The notes: generated by a model from the sequence alone, not told the origin. A DNA stretch of 64,000 nt from Candidatus Yanofskybacteria bacterium (GCA_003151795.1 PLYL01000008.1:3103-67102); one strand, 5' to 3'; counted from the first letter of the stretch, positions 19,501-29,358 are shown. Made by a program: numbers and translations.

Positions 19501-19933
19501 ATACAAAGTGCAAAAAGGAACCAAGATTCAATACGCATACAACGACGCGGAGAAAGATAAGGTGCTCGATATGTATCGAAAGGAAGCAGGCGAGAAAGCC
19601 GTCACCAAACCGAAAAAAATAAAAACAGACGCCGGCTTTGAAGTAACGGATCTTGATGGCAATGGCGCGGAACCCTCTTTCGCTGAAGCTTCGGCGGGCG
19701 AGGAAAAAATCGCTGGTGTTTCTCTCCAGCGTTACAAAGGTCTTGGTGAAATGAATCCGGACCAGTTGTGGGAAACCACCCTCAATCCCGAGAACCGAGT
19801 CTTACTTCGTGTTGATGTGAAAGATGCCCAAGCGGCCGACAAGGTCTTTGATATTCTGATGGGCTCCGATGTCATGCCCCGCAAGAAATTTATCCAGACC
19901 CACGCCAAGTCAGTAGTTAATCTAGATATCTAG
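16532..19933 (+). CDS. gyrB: DNA gyrase subunit B containing an intein
   Basis: RPGMYIG, EGDSAGG, PLRGK, DADVDG, RYKGLGEM. Confidence 0.97.
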   Translation: MADKELKKSEYTAKDIQVLEGLEPVRKRPGMYIGSTGVDGLHHLIWEVFDNSIDEAMAGHAHHIEVGLLADNKVRVADDGRGIPTDIHPKTKKSALETAATVLHAGGKFEQGAYKVSGGLHGVGLSVVNALSTWMKAEVYRKPDIFAQEYKIGKPQGPVKKVGTTKKTGTTITFQPDPTIFPDTTFDLPYILNHIRQQAYLTKGVKITVTDARNPIIVAGKDGNLPAGRQGKQEAPFDYTFYFEGGIMSYVDFLNHGEEVKNKNIFYVGKEQQDMFVEVSLQYIEELTSRELSFANNIHTIEGGTHLTGFRTALTRILNDYARKNGFLKEKDDNLSGEDVREGLTVVISIKLREPQFEGQTKAKLGTTEARNAVETVMTVEFTDWLERNPNDARAILEKVILASKARLAAKAARDTVLRKGALEGMTLPGKLADCSSRDASESELFIVEGDSAGGCFSGDTKVALLDGRNLSFKELVEEDMTGKKNYCYTIKNDGNVSVAQILHPRITKKNAEIIRVTLDNKEEIRCTPDHKFMLRDGTYKEAQYLTKKDSLMPLYRRLSKIAGRITIKGYEMVYNPAEHYWRFTHVLADQYNLARDVYTPEGGEARHHKDFNKLNNNPDNLVRMGKQEHLMFHTQWLEKTARTPEVLEKLRKIRQSPEYRAKISQTMKMPAMRAMLSERAKKQWENKEYKEFMNSKFLEFYNSNEEYRKTNNKLLNKAQKTYWASKDNRHEQAKRVADFFDKNPEYRALLSQQAKRQWDNKELVAWRSLETKKQWTPEFRAKRKEAYSKTYFTHTIKFMKGIFDRDHFLDQYDVLRIQNKSRNLLRSETFCHRFFDDNPTAMLDAVKNYNHKIRKVEKLIEWTDVYDLEVSGTHNFALASGVFVHNSSKQARNRHTQAILPLRGKILNVEKARLDKMLASQEIRNLIIAMGTAIAEEFDLSKLRYHKIVIMTDADVDGAHIRTLLLTLFYRYFPQVIAGGHLYIAQPPLYKVQKGTKIQYAYNDAEKDKVLDMYRKEAGEKAVTKPKKIKTDAGFEVTDLDGNGAEPSFAEASAGEEKIAGVSLQRYKGLGEMNPDQLWETTLNPENRVLLRVDVKDAQAADKVFDILMGSDVMPRKKFIQTHAKSVVNLDI
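17897..19192 (+). mobile_element. Intein (432 aa) with HNH homing endonuclease and NUMOD-like basic repeats
   Basis: EGDSAGG|CFSGDT...TPDH...HHKDFNKLNNNPDNL...VYDLEV..HNF...VHN|S. Confidence 0.95.
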
Positions 19934-20014
19934 CAGGTTGACAGTTGATAAGCCTTTTGGTACTCTGCGGGTACGCCCTCGGGCGGTTTTTAGATAGTTT
20001 TAGCTAATCATTTT

Positions 20015-20197
20015 ATGGCAAATATTCCGCAATTTTTCCGAGAAGTCCGCGTGGAGATGTCCAAGGTGGTGTGGCCGACTAGCCGACAGCTAGTGATTTA
20101 CACGCTCGTGGTCATTGTTTTGAGCGTGCTTTTGGCCGTATTTCTGGGCGCGCTCGATTTAGGATTCCAGACGATATTAACCAAGTACATATTGTAA
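20015..20197 (+). CDS. secE: Preprotein translocase SecE
   Basis: EMSKVVWPT motif; precedes nusG. Confidence 0.93.
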   Translation: MANIPQFFREVRVEMSKVVWPTSRQLVIYTLVVIVLSVLLAVFLGALDLGFQTILTKYIL

Positions 20198-20209
20198 TAA
20201 ATCGGAGTC

Positions 20210-20276
20210 ATTTATCCGCCCGAGGCGGATGAGAAGTTTGCAACTACTCACTCCGTTCGCAGGCAAACATCACATG
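20210..20276 (+). repeat. 67-bp leader repeat, copy 1, ending at nusG ATG
   Basis: 66/67 identical to 20823..20889. Confidence 0.95.
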
Positions 20277-20819
20277 CCCAAACAAGTTGAAACAGGACAA
20301 CGCAATTGGTTCGCGATTCATACCTATGCCGGGTATGAGGATAACGTCGCGCGCAATTTAACCCAGCGGATTGAGTCGCTCGGTTTTGAAAATAAGATTT
20401 TTAATGTTTTGGTCCCGAAAGAAAAAAAGATTCGCATCAAATCCGGCAAGCGCGAGACCATCGAAGAGAAGATTTATCCGGGCTACGTCTTGGTGGAAAT
20501 GATTGTCGACGATGCTTCGTGGTATGTCGTGCGCAACACGCCCAACGTCACCGGCTTCATCGGCGCCGGGACCGTGCCGACACCGCTCGCGCCAGGCGAA
20601 GTGGAAGTTTTGCTCAAGCGCATGGGCGTGGATGAGCCGAAATACAAGATTGACGTGGCGGCGGGCGACCGAGTCAAGATTACCGACGGGCCGTTCAAAG
20701 ATTTCGACGGCAAGATTGCCGAGATTGACCCCGAGAAAGGCCGTGTTAAAGTGCTGGTGACGATTTTCGGGCGCGAGACGCCAGTCGAATTAGACTTTTT
20801 ACAGATTAAAAAATTATAA
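20274..20819 (+). CDS. nusG: Transcription termination/antitermination factor NusG
   Basis: WFAIHT, YPGYVLV, GPFKDF, FGRETPVEL. Confidence 0.97.
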   Translation: MPKQVETGQRNWFAIHTYAGYEDNVARNLTQRIESLGFENKIFNVLVPKEKKIRIKSGKRETIEEKIYPGYVLVEMIVDDASWYVVRNTPNVTGFIGAGTVPTPLAPGEVEVLLKRMGVDEPKYKIDVAAGDRVKITDGPFKDFDGKIAEIDPEKGRVKVLVTIFGRETPVELDFLQIKKL

Positions 20820-20822
20820 ATA

Positions 20823-20889
20823 ATTTATCCGCCAGAGGCGGATGAGAAGTTTGCAACTACTCACTCCGTTCGCAGGCAAACATCACATG
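20823..20889 (+). repeat. 67-bp leader repeat, copy 2, ending at rplK ATG
   Basis: 66/67 identical to 20210..20276. Confidence 0.95.
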
Positions 20890-21306
20890 GCCAAGAAAAT
20901 CAAGACAATCGTAAAGTTACAGGTTATCGCCGGTGGTTTAGAGCCGTCAAAAATCGGGCAGGCTTTGGGGCCTCATGGTTTGAATCTCCAGCAGTTCATG
21001 TCGCAGGTCAACGAAGCGACCAAAGACAAAGCCGGCCAGCAGATTCCGGTCGAGATTACGATTTATGACGACCGGACGTTCTCATTTATTTTAAAGACTC
21101 CGCCGGCCGCTTATCTTTTGCACCGAGCTGCGGGGATTGAAAAGGGTTCGGGCGTGCCCAACAAGACTAAAGTCGGCACCGTGACCAAAGCCCAAGTTAA
21201 AGAAATTGCCGAACAAAAGATGGGCGACTTGAACGCCAACGATATCAATGCCGCCGCCAAGATTATCGAAGGCACCGCCCGCTCGATGGGCATCGACGTT
21301 AAGTAG
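20887..21306 (+). CDS. rplK: 50S ribosomal protein L11
   Basis: GQALG, LKTPPA, GTARSMG. Confidence 0.97.
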   Translation: MAKKIKTIVKLQVIAGGLEPSKIGQALGPHGLNLQQFMSQVNEATKDKAGQQIPVEITIYDDRTFSFILKTPPAAYLLHRAAGIEKGSGVPNKTKVGTVTKAQVKEIAEQKMGDLNANDINAAAKIIEGTARSMGIDVK

Positions 21307-21320
21307 ATTTTATCAAGAAC

Positions 21321-21364
21321 TACCAAATTAAAGCCCCGACTTGCGTCGGGGCTTTAATTTGGTA
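21321..21364 (+). terminator. Bidirectional terminator
   Basis: taccaaattaaagccccgac-ttgc-gtcggggctttaatttggta. Confidence 0.85.
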
Positions 21365-21413
21365 GTATTCTCAAGGTTCGTTTATAACCTAATTTCACCG
21401 AGAGGTCAGCTTT

Positions 21414-22115
21414 ATGATTCCGAATCCGTATCCGGGAATTTTCATCGCCGTTGATGGTATCAATGGCTCCGGCAAAACGACCCAGGTTCAACTCTTGGAA
21501 AAATGGCTTCGGGAGCAGTATCCGACGCCAACGCTGGATTCTCACCATTCTGGCCGAGTCATCGAAGTTTTCAAGGAGCCGAACAAGGATGGCGAGTACG
21601 GCAAGCGAATCTACGAGGAATTGAACAAAGGTTTAGAAGGCTTGGCCATCAAGGATCCGATGAGCTTTCAAACTTGGTACGCTTGTGACAGCAAGGCCAA
21701 CCTGGAACTCAATGTGATTCCTCGGCTGAAGCTCGGCGGCATCGTCATTCTGGATCGTTTCCGTTCGTCTTTGGTGCATGGAGCTATTTCTGTCCATGAC
21801 ATTGATATACTGATGATGAAGAATCAGATCATCATTGGCGAACATTTCATCTTGCCGGATGCCTTGTTTATTATCGACACGCCAGTCGAAGCGGCCATGG
21901 AACGTCTAAAAGAGAAGGGCCGTGCGCTCGACGCTCAGGAAAACAGAGCCGATCAAGAGCGTACCGCCGGATATTTTCTGGCGTTTGCGGAGAAATATCC
22001 CAACTGTGTCGTCATCAAAGATGGTGGCGATTCGGCAAGCCTGAAATCCAAGCATCTGCAGATCAAGGCTCACGTTCAAAAGTTGCTGGAACAAAAACCT
22101 GCTCGTGGGATTTAG
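21414..22115 (+). CDS. tmk: Thymidylate kinase
   Basis: FIAVDGINGSGKTT, KEP, LDRF, LPD. Confidence 0.85.
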   Translation: MIPNPYPGIFIAVDGINGSGKTTQVQLLEKWLREQYPTPTLDSHHSGRVIEVFKEPNKDGEYGKRIYEELNKGLEGLAIKDPMSFQTWYACDSKANLELNVIPRLKLGGIVILDRFRSSLVHGAISVHDIDILMMKNQIIIGEHFILPDALFIIDTPVEAAMERLKEKGRALDAQENRADQERTAGYFLAFAEKYPNCVVIKDGGDSASLKSKHLQIKAHVQKLLEQKPARGI

Positions 22116-22126
22116 GGGAGGAATTT

Positions 22127-23056
22127 ATGTCTGAACACTCTGGCAGTGAACTACCGGCTCGAATTTTGAATGACCTTCAAACAAGTTTTCGACCAGTGAA
22201 CAAAGGCGCGGAGAAGTGGCTCTACCGGCCCATTCCATGCTTGAACCACGGCTTTGTTTATCTCGTCGACTACATGGGCAACGACGAAGCCATCGCCCAG
22301 GCGGCCCGAGTTTCCTACGGCACCGGCACCAAGAAAGCCCAGACCGACGCCGGCCTGATCCGCCATCTCTTACGGCATGCTCACACCACGCCGTTCGAAA
22401 TGGTCGAATTCAAGTTCCACTGCAAGATGCCGATTTTCGTGGCGCGTCAGTGGATTCGTCATCGCATGGCGAGTGTCAACGAATACTCCGGCCGGTATTC
22501 GGAGATGTTGGACGAGTTCTATCTGCCGGAGCCGGAAGTCATCAGAAAACAGTCGGTCAGCAATCGCCAGGGCCGAGGAGATGACCTCACTGTCGAACAG
22601 CAGAGAGAAGTGATCAGTATTCTCAAGGCCGAGTTCGCAAGCCAGTACGATGCGTACCAGAAATTGCTGCGCATGGACGTGGCCAAAGAACTGGCTCGCA
22701 TCGGCCTGTCGGTCGCGAACTATACCCAGTGGTACTGGAAGATTGATCTCCACAACCTCATGCATTTTTTGCGGTTGCGTCTCGACAGCCATGCCCAGCA
22801 CGAAATTCAGGTCTACGGCCAGGCCATGGCCCGAATCATCGAGAGCGCCGTCCCGATTGCCTACCAGGCTTTCTCGGACTACCGTCTGAATGCCATGTCT
22901 CTGACGGCACTGGATATCTCTTTTATCCAGTCAGGAGGCTGGCCACGGAGCGAGGAGCAGGTGTTGAAGGAACTGGCGGCACGATTCAGCAACAAACGGG
23001 AACGAGACGAGTGTCTCCAGAAACTCAAGCAACTTTCATTAGTCAGGAGAGAATAG
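22127..23056 (+). CDS. thyX: FAD-dependent thymidylate synthase
   Basis: HTTPFE, RQWIRHR, NEYSGRY, HAQHEI. Confidence 0.96.
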   Translation: MSEHSGSELPARILNDLQTSFRPVNKGAEKWLYRPIPCLNHGFVYLVDYMGNDEAIAQAARVSYGTGTKKAQTDAGLIRHLLRHAHTTPFEMVEFKFHCKMPIFVARQWIRHRMASVNEYSGRYSEMLDEFYLPEPEVIRKQSVSNRQGRGDDLTVEQQREVISILKAEFASQYDAYQKLLRMDVAKELARIGLSVANYTQWYWKIDLHNLMHFLRLRLDSHAQHEIQVYGQAMARIIESAVPIAYQAFSDYRLNAMSLTALDISFIQSGGWPRSEEQVLKELAARFSNKRERDECLQKLKQLSLVRRE

Positions 23057-23610
23057 TGTCCATCAAACCAGACAGTTGGATTCGGCGCATGGTTAAAGAA
23101 CATGCCATGATTGAGCCGTTCGTAGACGAACAGATGCGAGAGGGCGTCATCTCATACGGTGTCTCGTCATATGGCTACGATCTTCGGGTCGGTAGTAGCT
23201 TCAAGGTATTCACGAATGTGTACAATGTAGTCGTGGATCCGAAGCATTTCGACCCGAAGTCTCTCGTAGATTTTGAGACTGACGTTTGCATCATCCCGCC
23301 GAACTCCTTCGCGCTTGCCGGAAGTGTCGAGTATTTCCGGATTCCGCGGAACGTCCTGACAGTGTGTCTGGGGAAGTCTACCTATGCCCGCTGTGGGATC
23401 ATTGTGAATGTCACCCCGTTTGAACCGGAATGGGAAGGTCACGTTACTCTAGAAATCTCCAACACGACGCCTCTCCCTGCGAAAATCTACGCCAACGAAG
23501 GCCTCGCCCAGGTCTTGTTCTTTGAAAGTGACGAAGTTTGCGAAACTTCGTACAAAGACAAGAAGGGGAAGTATCAAGCCCAACGTGGCGTTACTCTGCC
23601 GAGGATCTAA
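23056..23610 (+). CDS. dcd: dCTP deaminase
   Basis: [22 protein letters not shown]; GTG start overlapping thyX stop. Confidence 0.95.
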   Translation: MSIKPDSWIRRMVKEHAMIEPFVDEQMREGVISYGVSSYGYDLRVGSSFKVFTNVYNVVVDPKHFDPKSLVDFETDVCIIPPNSFALAGSVEYFRIPRNVLTVCLGKSTYARCGIIVNVTPFEPEWEGHVTLEISNTTPLPAKIYANEGLAQVLFFESDEVCETSYKDKKGKYQAQRGVTLPRI

Positions 23611-23635
23611 TCATTCTTGGCAGATCAGGTTATTA

Positions 23636-23667
23636 GGCCCCGGAAACGAATTCCGGGGCTTTTTTTA
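23636..23667 (+). terminator. Intrinsic terminator
   Basis: ggccccggaa-acgaa-ttccggggct + T-tract. Confidence 0.8.
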
Positions 23668-23695
23668 TCGAATAAATCGTGGTAAATTAAGCATT

Positions 23696-25198
23696 ATGAA
23701 ATACCAGCCGGTTGTCGGACTCGAAATTCACGCGGCGGTCAAAACCAAGACCAAGATGTTTTGTGATTCGCTGAATGATCCGGATGAGAAACGGCCGAAT
23801 TGGAATGTCTGCCCGATTTGCATGGGCCATCCGGGAACGATTCCAGTTATCAACGAAGAGGCGGTCAAGAAAGTTATTATGACGGGCTTGGCTTTGAATT
23901 GTTCCATTGCGCGCGATACTTTTTTCGAGCGCAAGAACTATTTTTATCCCGATTTGCCGAAGGGCTATCAGATTTCTCAATATCAAAAACCGTTGTGTTT
24001 CGGAGGCTACTTGGAAATTAAATCCGAAGCACGAAATCCTAAATCCGAAATAAATTCGAATATAAAAAATTCAAAAAGAATAAACATTACCCGAATTCAT
24101 CTAGAGGAAGACGCGGGCCGGCTCCAGCATGACCCATCGGGAGATTTCTCTTTGGTGGACTATAATCGGGCGAGTGTCCCGCTCATGGAACTCGTGACCG
24201 AGCCAGATTTTACTAACGGAGATGATGTGCGAGCGTTCGCGGAAGAGTATCAGCTGATTTTGAAATATATCGGCGCGTCGGATGCCGATATGGAAAAAGG
24301 TCTGATGCGGGTCGAGGTCAATATTTCTCTGACTAACGCTGACGGTTCCTACGGCACCAAAGTGGAAATTAAGAATCTCAATTCTATCGCCGCCGCCGCC
24401 GCATCGGTGGATTATGAAATGGCCCGGCAGAAAGAATTGATTGAAAGCGGGGGAGAAGTGGCGGCCGAGACACGCGGGTGGGACGAAAATAAAAAGGCGA
24501 CTTTCAGCCAGCGTTCCAAAGAGGAAGCCCATGACTATCGCTATTTTCCCGAACCGGATTTGCCGCCGTTGAAAATACAGGAATTACGAAGTAGGAATAA
24601 TGAATTAGGAGAAGAAAACCGAGGAGGATTTTATATTGATGAAATCCGAGCCATGTTACCTGAACTGCCACAGGCTAGACGTGAACGATTCAAGAAGCAA
24701 TATGGTTTACCAGATGCAGATGTTGAAATATTCACGACCGATAAGGAACTGGGAAATTACTTTGAGCATGTGGTATCGGAACTCGGCGATAACAGCCTCG
24801 CTAAATTGGCCGCCAACTATCTCATCACCGAAATCAGAAAACACGGCGGAGTGGTCGGAATCAAAATTACGCCCGCCGATTTCGCGGATTTTATTAAGCG
24901 CATCGCGAAGAAGGAAATCTCTTCCTCCGGCGCGCAAACGGTATTGGAAGAAATGTTCAAAACCGGCGCTTCGCCCGAACAAATCATTAAAGAAAAAGAT
25001 TTGGGCCAAGTTTCAGATGCCGGCGCCCTGGATGCGGTAGTAGATAAGGTCCTTGCCGATAATGCCAAAGCGGTAGAAGATTACAAGAAAGGCAAGGAAG
25101 CACCGTTGAAATTCCTAATCGGCATGGCCATGCGCGAAAGCAAGGGGAAGGGGAATCCCCAAGTTTTAGAAGAGATGATTAAACAAAAGCTCTTGTAA
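23696..25198 (+). CDS. gatB: Asp/Glu-tRNA amidotransferase subunit B
   Basis: GLEIH, RKNYFYPDLPKGYQISQ, HLEEDAG, YRYFPEPDL. Confidence 0.97.
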   Translation: MKYQPVVGLEIHAAVKTKTKMFCDSLNDPDEKRPNWNVCPICMGHPGTIPVINEEAVKKVIMTGLALNCSIARDTFFERKNYFYPDLPKGYQISQYQKPLCFGGYLEIKSEARNPKSEINSNIKNSKRINITRIHLEEDAGRLQHDPSGDFSLVDYNRASVPLMELVTEPDFTNGDDVRAFAEEYQLILKYIGASDADMEKGLMRVEVNISLTNADGSYGTKVEIKNLNSIAAAAASVDYEMARQKELIESGGEVAAETRGWDENKKATFSQRSKEEAHDYRYFPEPDLPPLKIQELRSRNNELGEENRGGFYIDEIRAMLPELPQARRERFKKQYGLPDADVEIFTTDKELGNYFEHVVSELGDNSLAKLAANYLITEIRKHGGVVGIKITPADFADFIKRIAKKEISSSGAQTVLEEMFKTGASPEQIIKEKDLGQVSDAGALDAVVDKVLADNAKAVEDYKKGKEAPLKFLIGMAMRESKGKGNPQVLEEMIKQKLL

Positions 25199-26168
25199 GT
25201 TTCTCGGCGTTTTTCTCGGTTTTTAGCCAGCGGATTTCTTTGTTGCGTTTGAACCAGGTCATCTGGCGTTTGGAGTATTGAATTTCAGAAAGCGTAACTA
25301 ATTTTTTTGTTTCAGTTAAAGAGGTATTTCCCTTCAGGTATTCAAGGATGATTCGATAGCCTAATCCTAAATTATGAAGTCGTTGCCAAGAAATTCCGTT
25401 TGCGCGGAGTTTTTTAACTTCGGCAATCAGACCTTGTTTGAATCGGGCCGAGAGACGAGCGGAGATTCTTTGGTCAAGATTTTTAGGATTTAAACCGAGC
25501 CAAAGGACATCGTAAGGCGATTGTTTTTTAATTTGACCAACAGGCTGGCCGGTCGCGATAACAATCTCAATTGCGCGAATCAGGCGGCGGGGATTATGGC
25601 GGTCGATGTTTTGGGCTCTTTCTGGGTCGAGCTTTTGCAATCGAGCGAATAATTGTTCCGGAGTTTGTTTCTCGAGTTTCGTGCGGAGTTTATAGTTGGG
25701 CGGTACTTCCGGCAGAGAGAAGTTGTAGATAAGCGTATCAATGTATTGTCCCGTTCCGCCGACGATAATTGGTAGTTTGTTTCTTTTTAAAATATTTTTG
25801 ATAGCGCGCTGAGCGAGCTTTTGAAATTGGGCCACGCTAAAAATCCGTTTTGGATTAGCGACATCGATGAGATGATGTCTGATTCCGTTTGAGTAGTACT
25901 CATTCCTAATTCCTAATTCATAATTCCTACTTCTGTCTTTTGAGACTTTACCCGTGCCGATGTCCATTCTACGATATACTTGGCGCGAATCAGCGGAGAT
26001 AATCTCGCCATTGAATTTTCGGGCTAACTGAATCGCCAGGTCAGATTTTCCTGACGCAGTCGGGCCCACGATTACGATTATTTTAGGCTTGCCCAGTATA
26101 TCAACATCGACCCGCCTGCGGTTTTTGGAGACTGTCGAAGTTGTATTACTGGGTTTGATTTTGACCAT
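25179..26168 (-). CDS. miaA: tRNA dimethylallyltransferase
   Basis: GPTASGKS, SADSRQVY, GGTGQY, KRQMTWF; start uncertain. Confidence 0.95.
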   Translation of the reverse strand: MVKIKPSNTTSTVSKNRRRVDVDILGKPKIIVIVGPTASGKSDLAIQLARKFNGEIISADSRQVYRRMDIGTGKVSKDRSRNYELGIRNEYYSNGIRHHLIDVANPKRIFSVAQFQKLAQRAIKNILKRNKLPIIVGGTGQYIDTLIYNFSLPEVPPNYKLRTKLEKQTPEQLFARLQKLDPERAQNIDRHNPRRLIRAIEIVIATGQPVGQIKKQSPYDVLWLGLNPKNLDQRISARLSARFKQGLIAEVKKLRANGISWQRLHNLGLGYRIILEYLKGNTSLTETKKLVTLSEIQYSKRQMTWFKRNKEIRWLKTEKNAEKLTRAFV

Positions 26169-26243
26169 GAAGTATGCGATAGTATACGCTCACATTGGTT
26201 CGTTGACAAGACTAAACATTCTTAGGCTCGACAAGGGGGACTT

Positions 26244-26813
26244 GTGGTTGTAAAAGCTCTGGATAAGCTTTTGTTTTTGACCCTCCTCTTCGTTGCCGGG
26301 CTTATCAGCATCTGCAACGTGGACTGGGTTCTCGCTCCCTTCATGGCCAGCCCCTTTTTTGGGGCTCATATTGGAGCAGTCTCGCTCAAGGAACGAGTAC
26401 TGATCGTGACCCTGGTGTCATTTATCGGTGCGAACTACGTCTATTGGTTCGCGAGATTTACCGACAGGCGCATTCGTGGATACGAAGAGAAGGGCCAGAC
26501 CTTAGCTGTGCTCGAATCTTCACCTCGCTGGCAGGACCAGAGAAGGGCAGCATTCATCCGCCGTCACCAAAAACTTGTTGCTCGCGATAACATCTGGGCG
26601 ATGAGGATGAGGAATTACGGTTGGCCGCTGGCGATGGGTGTCGGATTAGTTCCAGAGTTCATCACAATACCGTTCATGCGGACGACCCTAATCACTTTCT
26701 GTGCTATCTGGGAATCCCGTCAGGGGTTCGTGGTCTACTTGGCGGCCGAAGCGGCCAAGAACCTTACCTGGGGCACGCTGTGGGCCTGGCTGTGGATTAG
26801 ATTCTTTCACTAA
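26244..26813 (+). CDS. Hypothetical membrane protein
   Basis: SD AGGGGG; several TM segments. Confidence 0.65.
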   Translation: MVVKALDKLLFLTLLFVAGLISICNVDWVLAPFMASPFFGAHIGAVSLKERVLIVTLVSFIGANYVYWFARFTDRRIRGYEEKGQTLAVLESSPRWQDQRRAAFIRRHQKLVARDNIWAMRMRNYGWPLAMGVGLVPEFITIPFMRTTLITFCAIWESRQGFVVYLAAEAAKNLTWGTLWAWLWIRFFH

Positions 26814-26830
26814 TGATTTGAGGAGGTGGT

Positions 26831-27199
26831 ATGACAGCCAGACATATGCAATCGTGTAAGTCGTGGGAAGATATTTTGGGAGGCGGACCGCGCGAAGAAC
26901 TCGGAAAAAGAATTGTGGCGAAGGCGCGAAATGCCGCTAACGTTGCGCGGGAACGCCAGCGTAAGAAAACGCCTCAACAACGCGACCCAAAAAAGGAAGC
27001 CTGGGCGGGTATTGTATGTGTTTCGGTGGAAGGACATTCTCTTGAGCAGGGAATGTGGCTCTTCGAACACATACGTGTTGCTACGGCAATCCTTAGAAAA
27101 GAAGGCTACATGGTCGAGCCGGACGCCTATCTTGAAGGGGAAGTCGAAAACCGGGTCTTCATTGCCGGCGTGAGATTCCTGCGGCTTGGGAAATTATGA
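26831..27199 (+). CDS. Hypothetical protein
   Basis: Strong SD GGAGGTGG; followed by hairpin 27219-27240. Confidence 0.7.
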   Translation: MTARHMQSCKSWEDILGGGPREELGKRIVAKARNAANVARERQRKKTPQQRDPKKEAWAGIVCVSVEGHSLEQGMWLFEHIRVATAILRKEGYMVEPDAYLEGEVENRVFIAGVRFLRLGKL

Positions 27200-27243
27200 T
27201 CTGAAGCCGCGAATAACAGCGCGGGCCCGAGGGCCCGCGCAAT

Positions 27244-28965
27244 TTATTTTTTGAGGCTGATTTCTTCTTTCAGTTGAGCGACGGCAGTGTCTATGAGCAT
27301 GGTGCCCATGTCGCCTTGACCGTGTTTGCGGACGGCGACGGTTTGCGCGTCGACTTCTTTGTCTCCGATCACGAACAGATAGGGGATTTTTTGGGTCTCG
27401 GCGTTGCGGATTTTTTTGCCGAGGGTTTCGTTTTCGTTATGAAGCTCAACCCGGACGCCGGCATGTTTTAATTTGTGCACGACGGCTTCGGCCCAGGCTT
27501 GTTGCTTTTCGGTTATAGTAATGACGGCGACTTGGACTGGCGAAAGCCAGAGCGGAAACGCACCGGCGTAGTGTTCAATAATAATTCCAAGGAATCTCTC
27601 AAGCGAGCCATACACTACGCGATGGACAACTACTGGCGTTTTTTTATTTCCGTCTCGGTCGGTGTAATAGAGTTCAAAGCGTTTCGGTAACTGGAAGTCA
27701 AGCTGAATAGTGCCCATCTGCCATTCACGGCCAAGACAGTCCTTCATTAAGATATCTATTTTTGGCCCATAAAAGGCGGCGTCGCCTTCTGCCACGATGT
27801 ATTCTTTGCCGGATTTTTTAAGAATCTCCCTAAGTTTTTCTTCAGCTTTATCCCAAGTCGCTTTCTCTCCTAAAAATTTTTCCGGCCTCGTTCCCAGGCG
27901 GAAAGAGTATTCAAGATTGAATATGCCATAAAACTTTTTACAGATTTCAAAAATATGTTCGTATTCATCTCCGATCATTTCTTCGGAGATAAAGTTATGA
28001 GAATCGTCTTGTTGGAATGAGCGGACTCGTAAGAGGCCATTAAGCGTCCCGCTTCGTTCATAGCGATGCAAACGATCGGTATCGGACAGCCGGATCGGAA
28101 GATCTTTGTAGCTCACTTGCATGGATTTGAAGACCACCATCGCATTCGGACAATTCATCGGTTTGATGCCGTAAATTTCGTTTTCTCCCATATCCGCGAT
28201 AAACATATCGTCTTTATAATGTTCCCAATGGCCGGAAATTTTCCAAAGTTCCGCCTTATTCACAAGCGGACTCGCTATTTCTTGATATCCGAGGGCACTA
28301 TGTTCAACTCGCCAGTAATTAACGAGTTCGTTGTAAATGATAAGTCCTTTCGGTAACCAGTAGGGCATGCCGGGTGAAGTTTCATGAAACATAAAAAGGC
28401 CGAGCTGGGGTCCGAGTTTCTTGTGGTCGCGCTTCCTTGCTTCTTCGAGGAGTATTAAATGTTTCTGCAGTTCGTCTTTGGTCGCGAAGGCTAGGCCGTA
28501 AATGCGGGTGAGCTGGGGATTCTTTTCATCACCGCGCCAGTAGGCGCCGGCGAGACGCGAGAGTTTGAAGGCTTTGGGATTGAGGTCTTTGATATTCTCG
28601 ACATGACCGCCTCGGCAGAGGTCGGTGAAATTTCCCGAAGTATAGAGAGTTATTGTTTCACCTTTTTTAACCAGTTCATCAATTAATTCTTCTTTGTAAG
28701 GGTTACTGGCGAATTGTTGCTTGGCTTCATCGGCGGAAACTTCTCGGCCTTCAAAACCTTGCCATGTTTTTAAAATCTCGCGCATCTTGTCTTCAATTTT
28801 CGGGAGGTCGGTGTCCGAAACTTTTTCCGGAATATCGATGTCGTAATAGAAACCATCGTCGATGGCCGGCCCGATGGCTAATTTAGAACCGGGATATAAA
28901 TCCAAAACCGCCGCCCCGAGCAAGTGGGCGAGAGAATGGCGGATATGTTCAATAGGGGAAGCCAT
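27244..28965 (-). CDS. thrS: Threonine--tRNA ligase
   Basis: DLCRGGH, RDHKKLG, KPMNCP, FYGPK, GSLERF. Confidence 0.97.
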   Translation of the reverse strand: MASPIEHIRHSLAHLLGAAVLDLYPGSKLAIGPAIDDGFYYDIDIPEKVSDTDLPKIEDKMREILKTWQGFEGREVSADEAKQQFASNPYKEELIDELVKKGETITLYTSGNFTDLCRGGHVENIKDLNPKAFKLSRLAGAYWRGDEKNPQLTRIYGLAFATKDELQKHLILLEEARKRDHKKLGPQLGLFMFHETSPGMPYWLPKGLIIYNELVNYWRVEHSALGYQEIASPLVNKAELWKISGHWEHYKDDMFIADMGENEIYGIKPMNCPNAMVVFKSMQVSYKDLPIRLSDTDRLHRYERSGTLNGLLRVRSFQQDDSHNFISEEMIGDEYEHIFEICKKFYGIFNLEYSFRLGTRPEKFLGEKATWDKAEEKLREILKKSGKEYIVAEGDAAFYGPKIDILMKDCLGREWQMGTIQLDFQLPKRFELYYTDRDGNKKTPVVVHRVVYGSLERFLGIIIEHYAGAFPLWLSPVQVAVITITEKQQAWAEAVVHKLKHAGVRVELHNENETLGKKIRNAETQKIPYLFVIGDKEVDAQTVAVRKHGQGDMGTMLIDTAVAQLKEEISLKK

Positions 28966-29076
28966 TAGTAATTAGCGATTAGGACTTAGTCAATAAAGAA
29001 TAACAAATAAATTCAGTAAGTTAAAGAGCTTGATTTAGTGTTTAGATTATTGTATTATATAGACGAGGAGATTGCT

Positions 29077-29358
29077 ATGAGTGGAGACTTCTATCTTGGC
29101 CCAGATTTCCGGGTTTTGGGGGAGGGTGCAGGAATGACAGACCGGCGAGCATCAAAGAAAAGATGGAACGAGGGGAAGATTCCTGGTCAATTGGGACAGG
29201 AACTCTCGAAAGAGGAACTGGCGGAGATTGATGCCCGGTTTGAAGGACTTTCACCGGTCCAGACACTTATCAAGCGAGCCGAAAAATGTGATCCGGAGGC
29301 AGTCAAACTCCTTCGTGAGCACCACGAACGGCGCGGGAGGAATGAACGTGCCGACTAG
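29077..29358 (+). CDS. Hypothetical protein
   Basis: SD GAGGAG; upstream TTGTATTAT; downstream hairpin. Confidence 0.6.
   Translation: MSGDFYLGPDFRVLGEGAGMTDRRASKKRWNEGKIPGQLGQELSKEELAEIDARFEGLSPVQTLIKRAEKCDPEAVKLLREHHERRGRNERAD

Noticed and set aside
20229-20886. Shared N-terminal peptide [15 protein letters not shown] as genuine part of NusG and L11
   Set aside because: Explained by the duplicated leader; conserved protein starts are at 20274 and 20887 (use of the upstream ATG is not excluded)
20210-20889. CRISPR array
   Set aside because: Only two copies separated by a whole gene; no cas genes
23522-23695. Long N-terminal extension of GatB
   Set aside because: Overlaps dcd and crosses a terminator; conserved start is 23696
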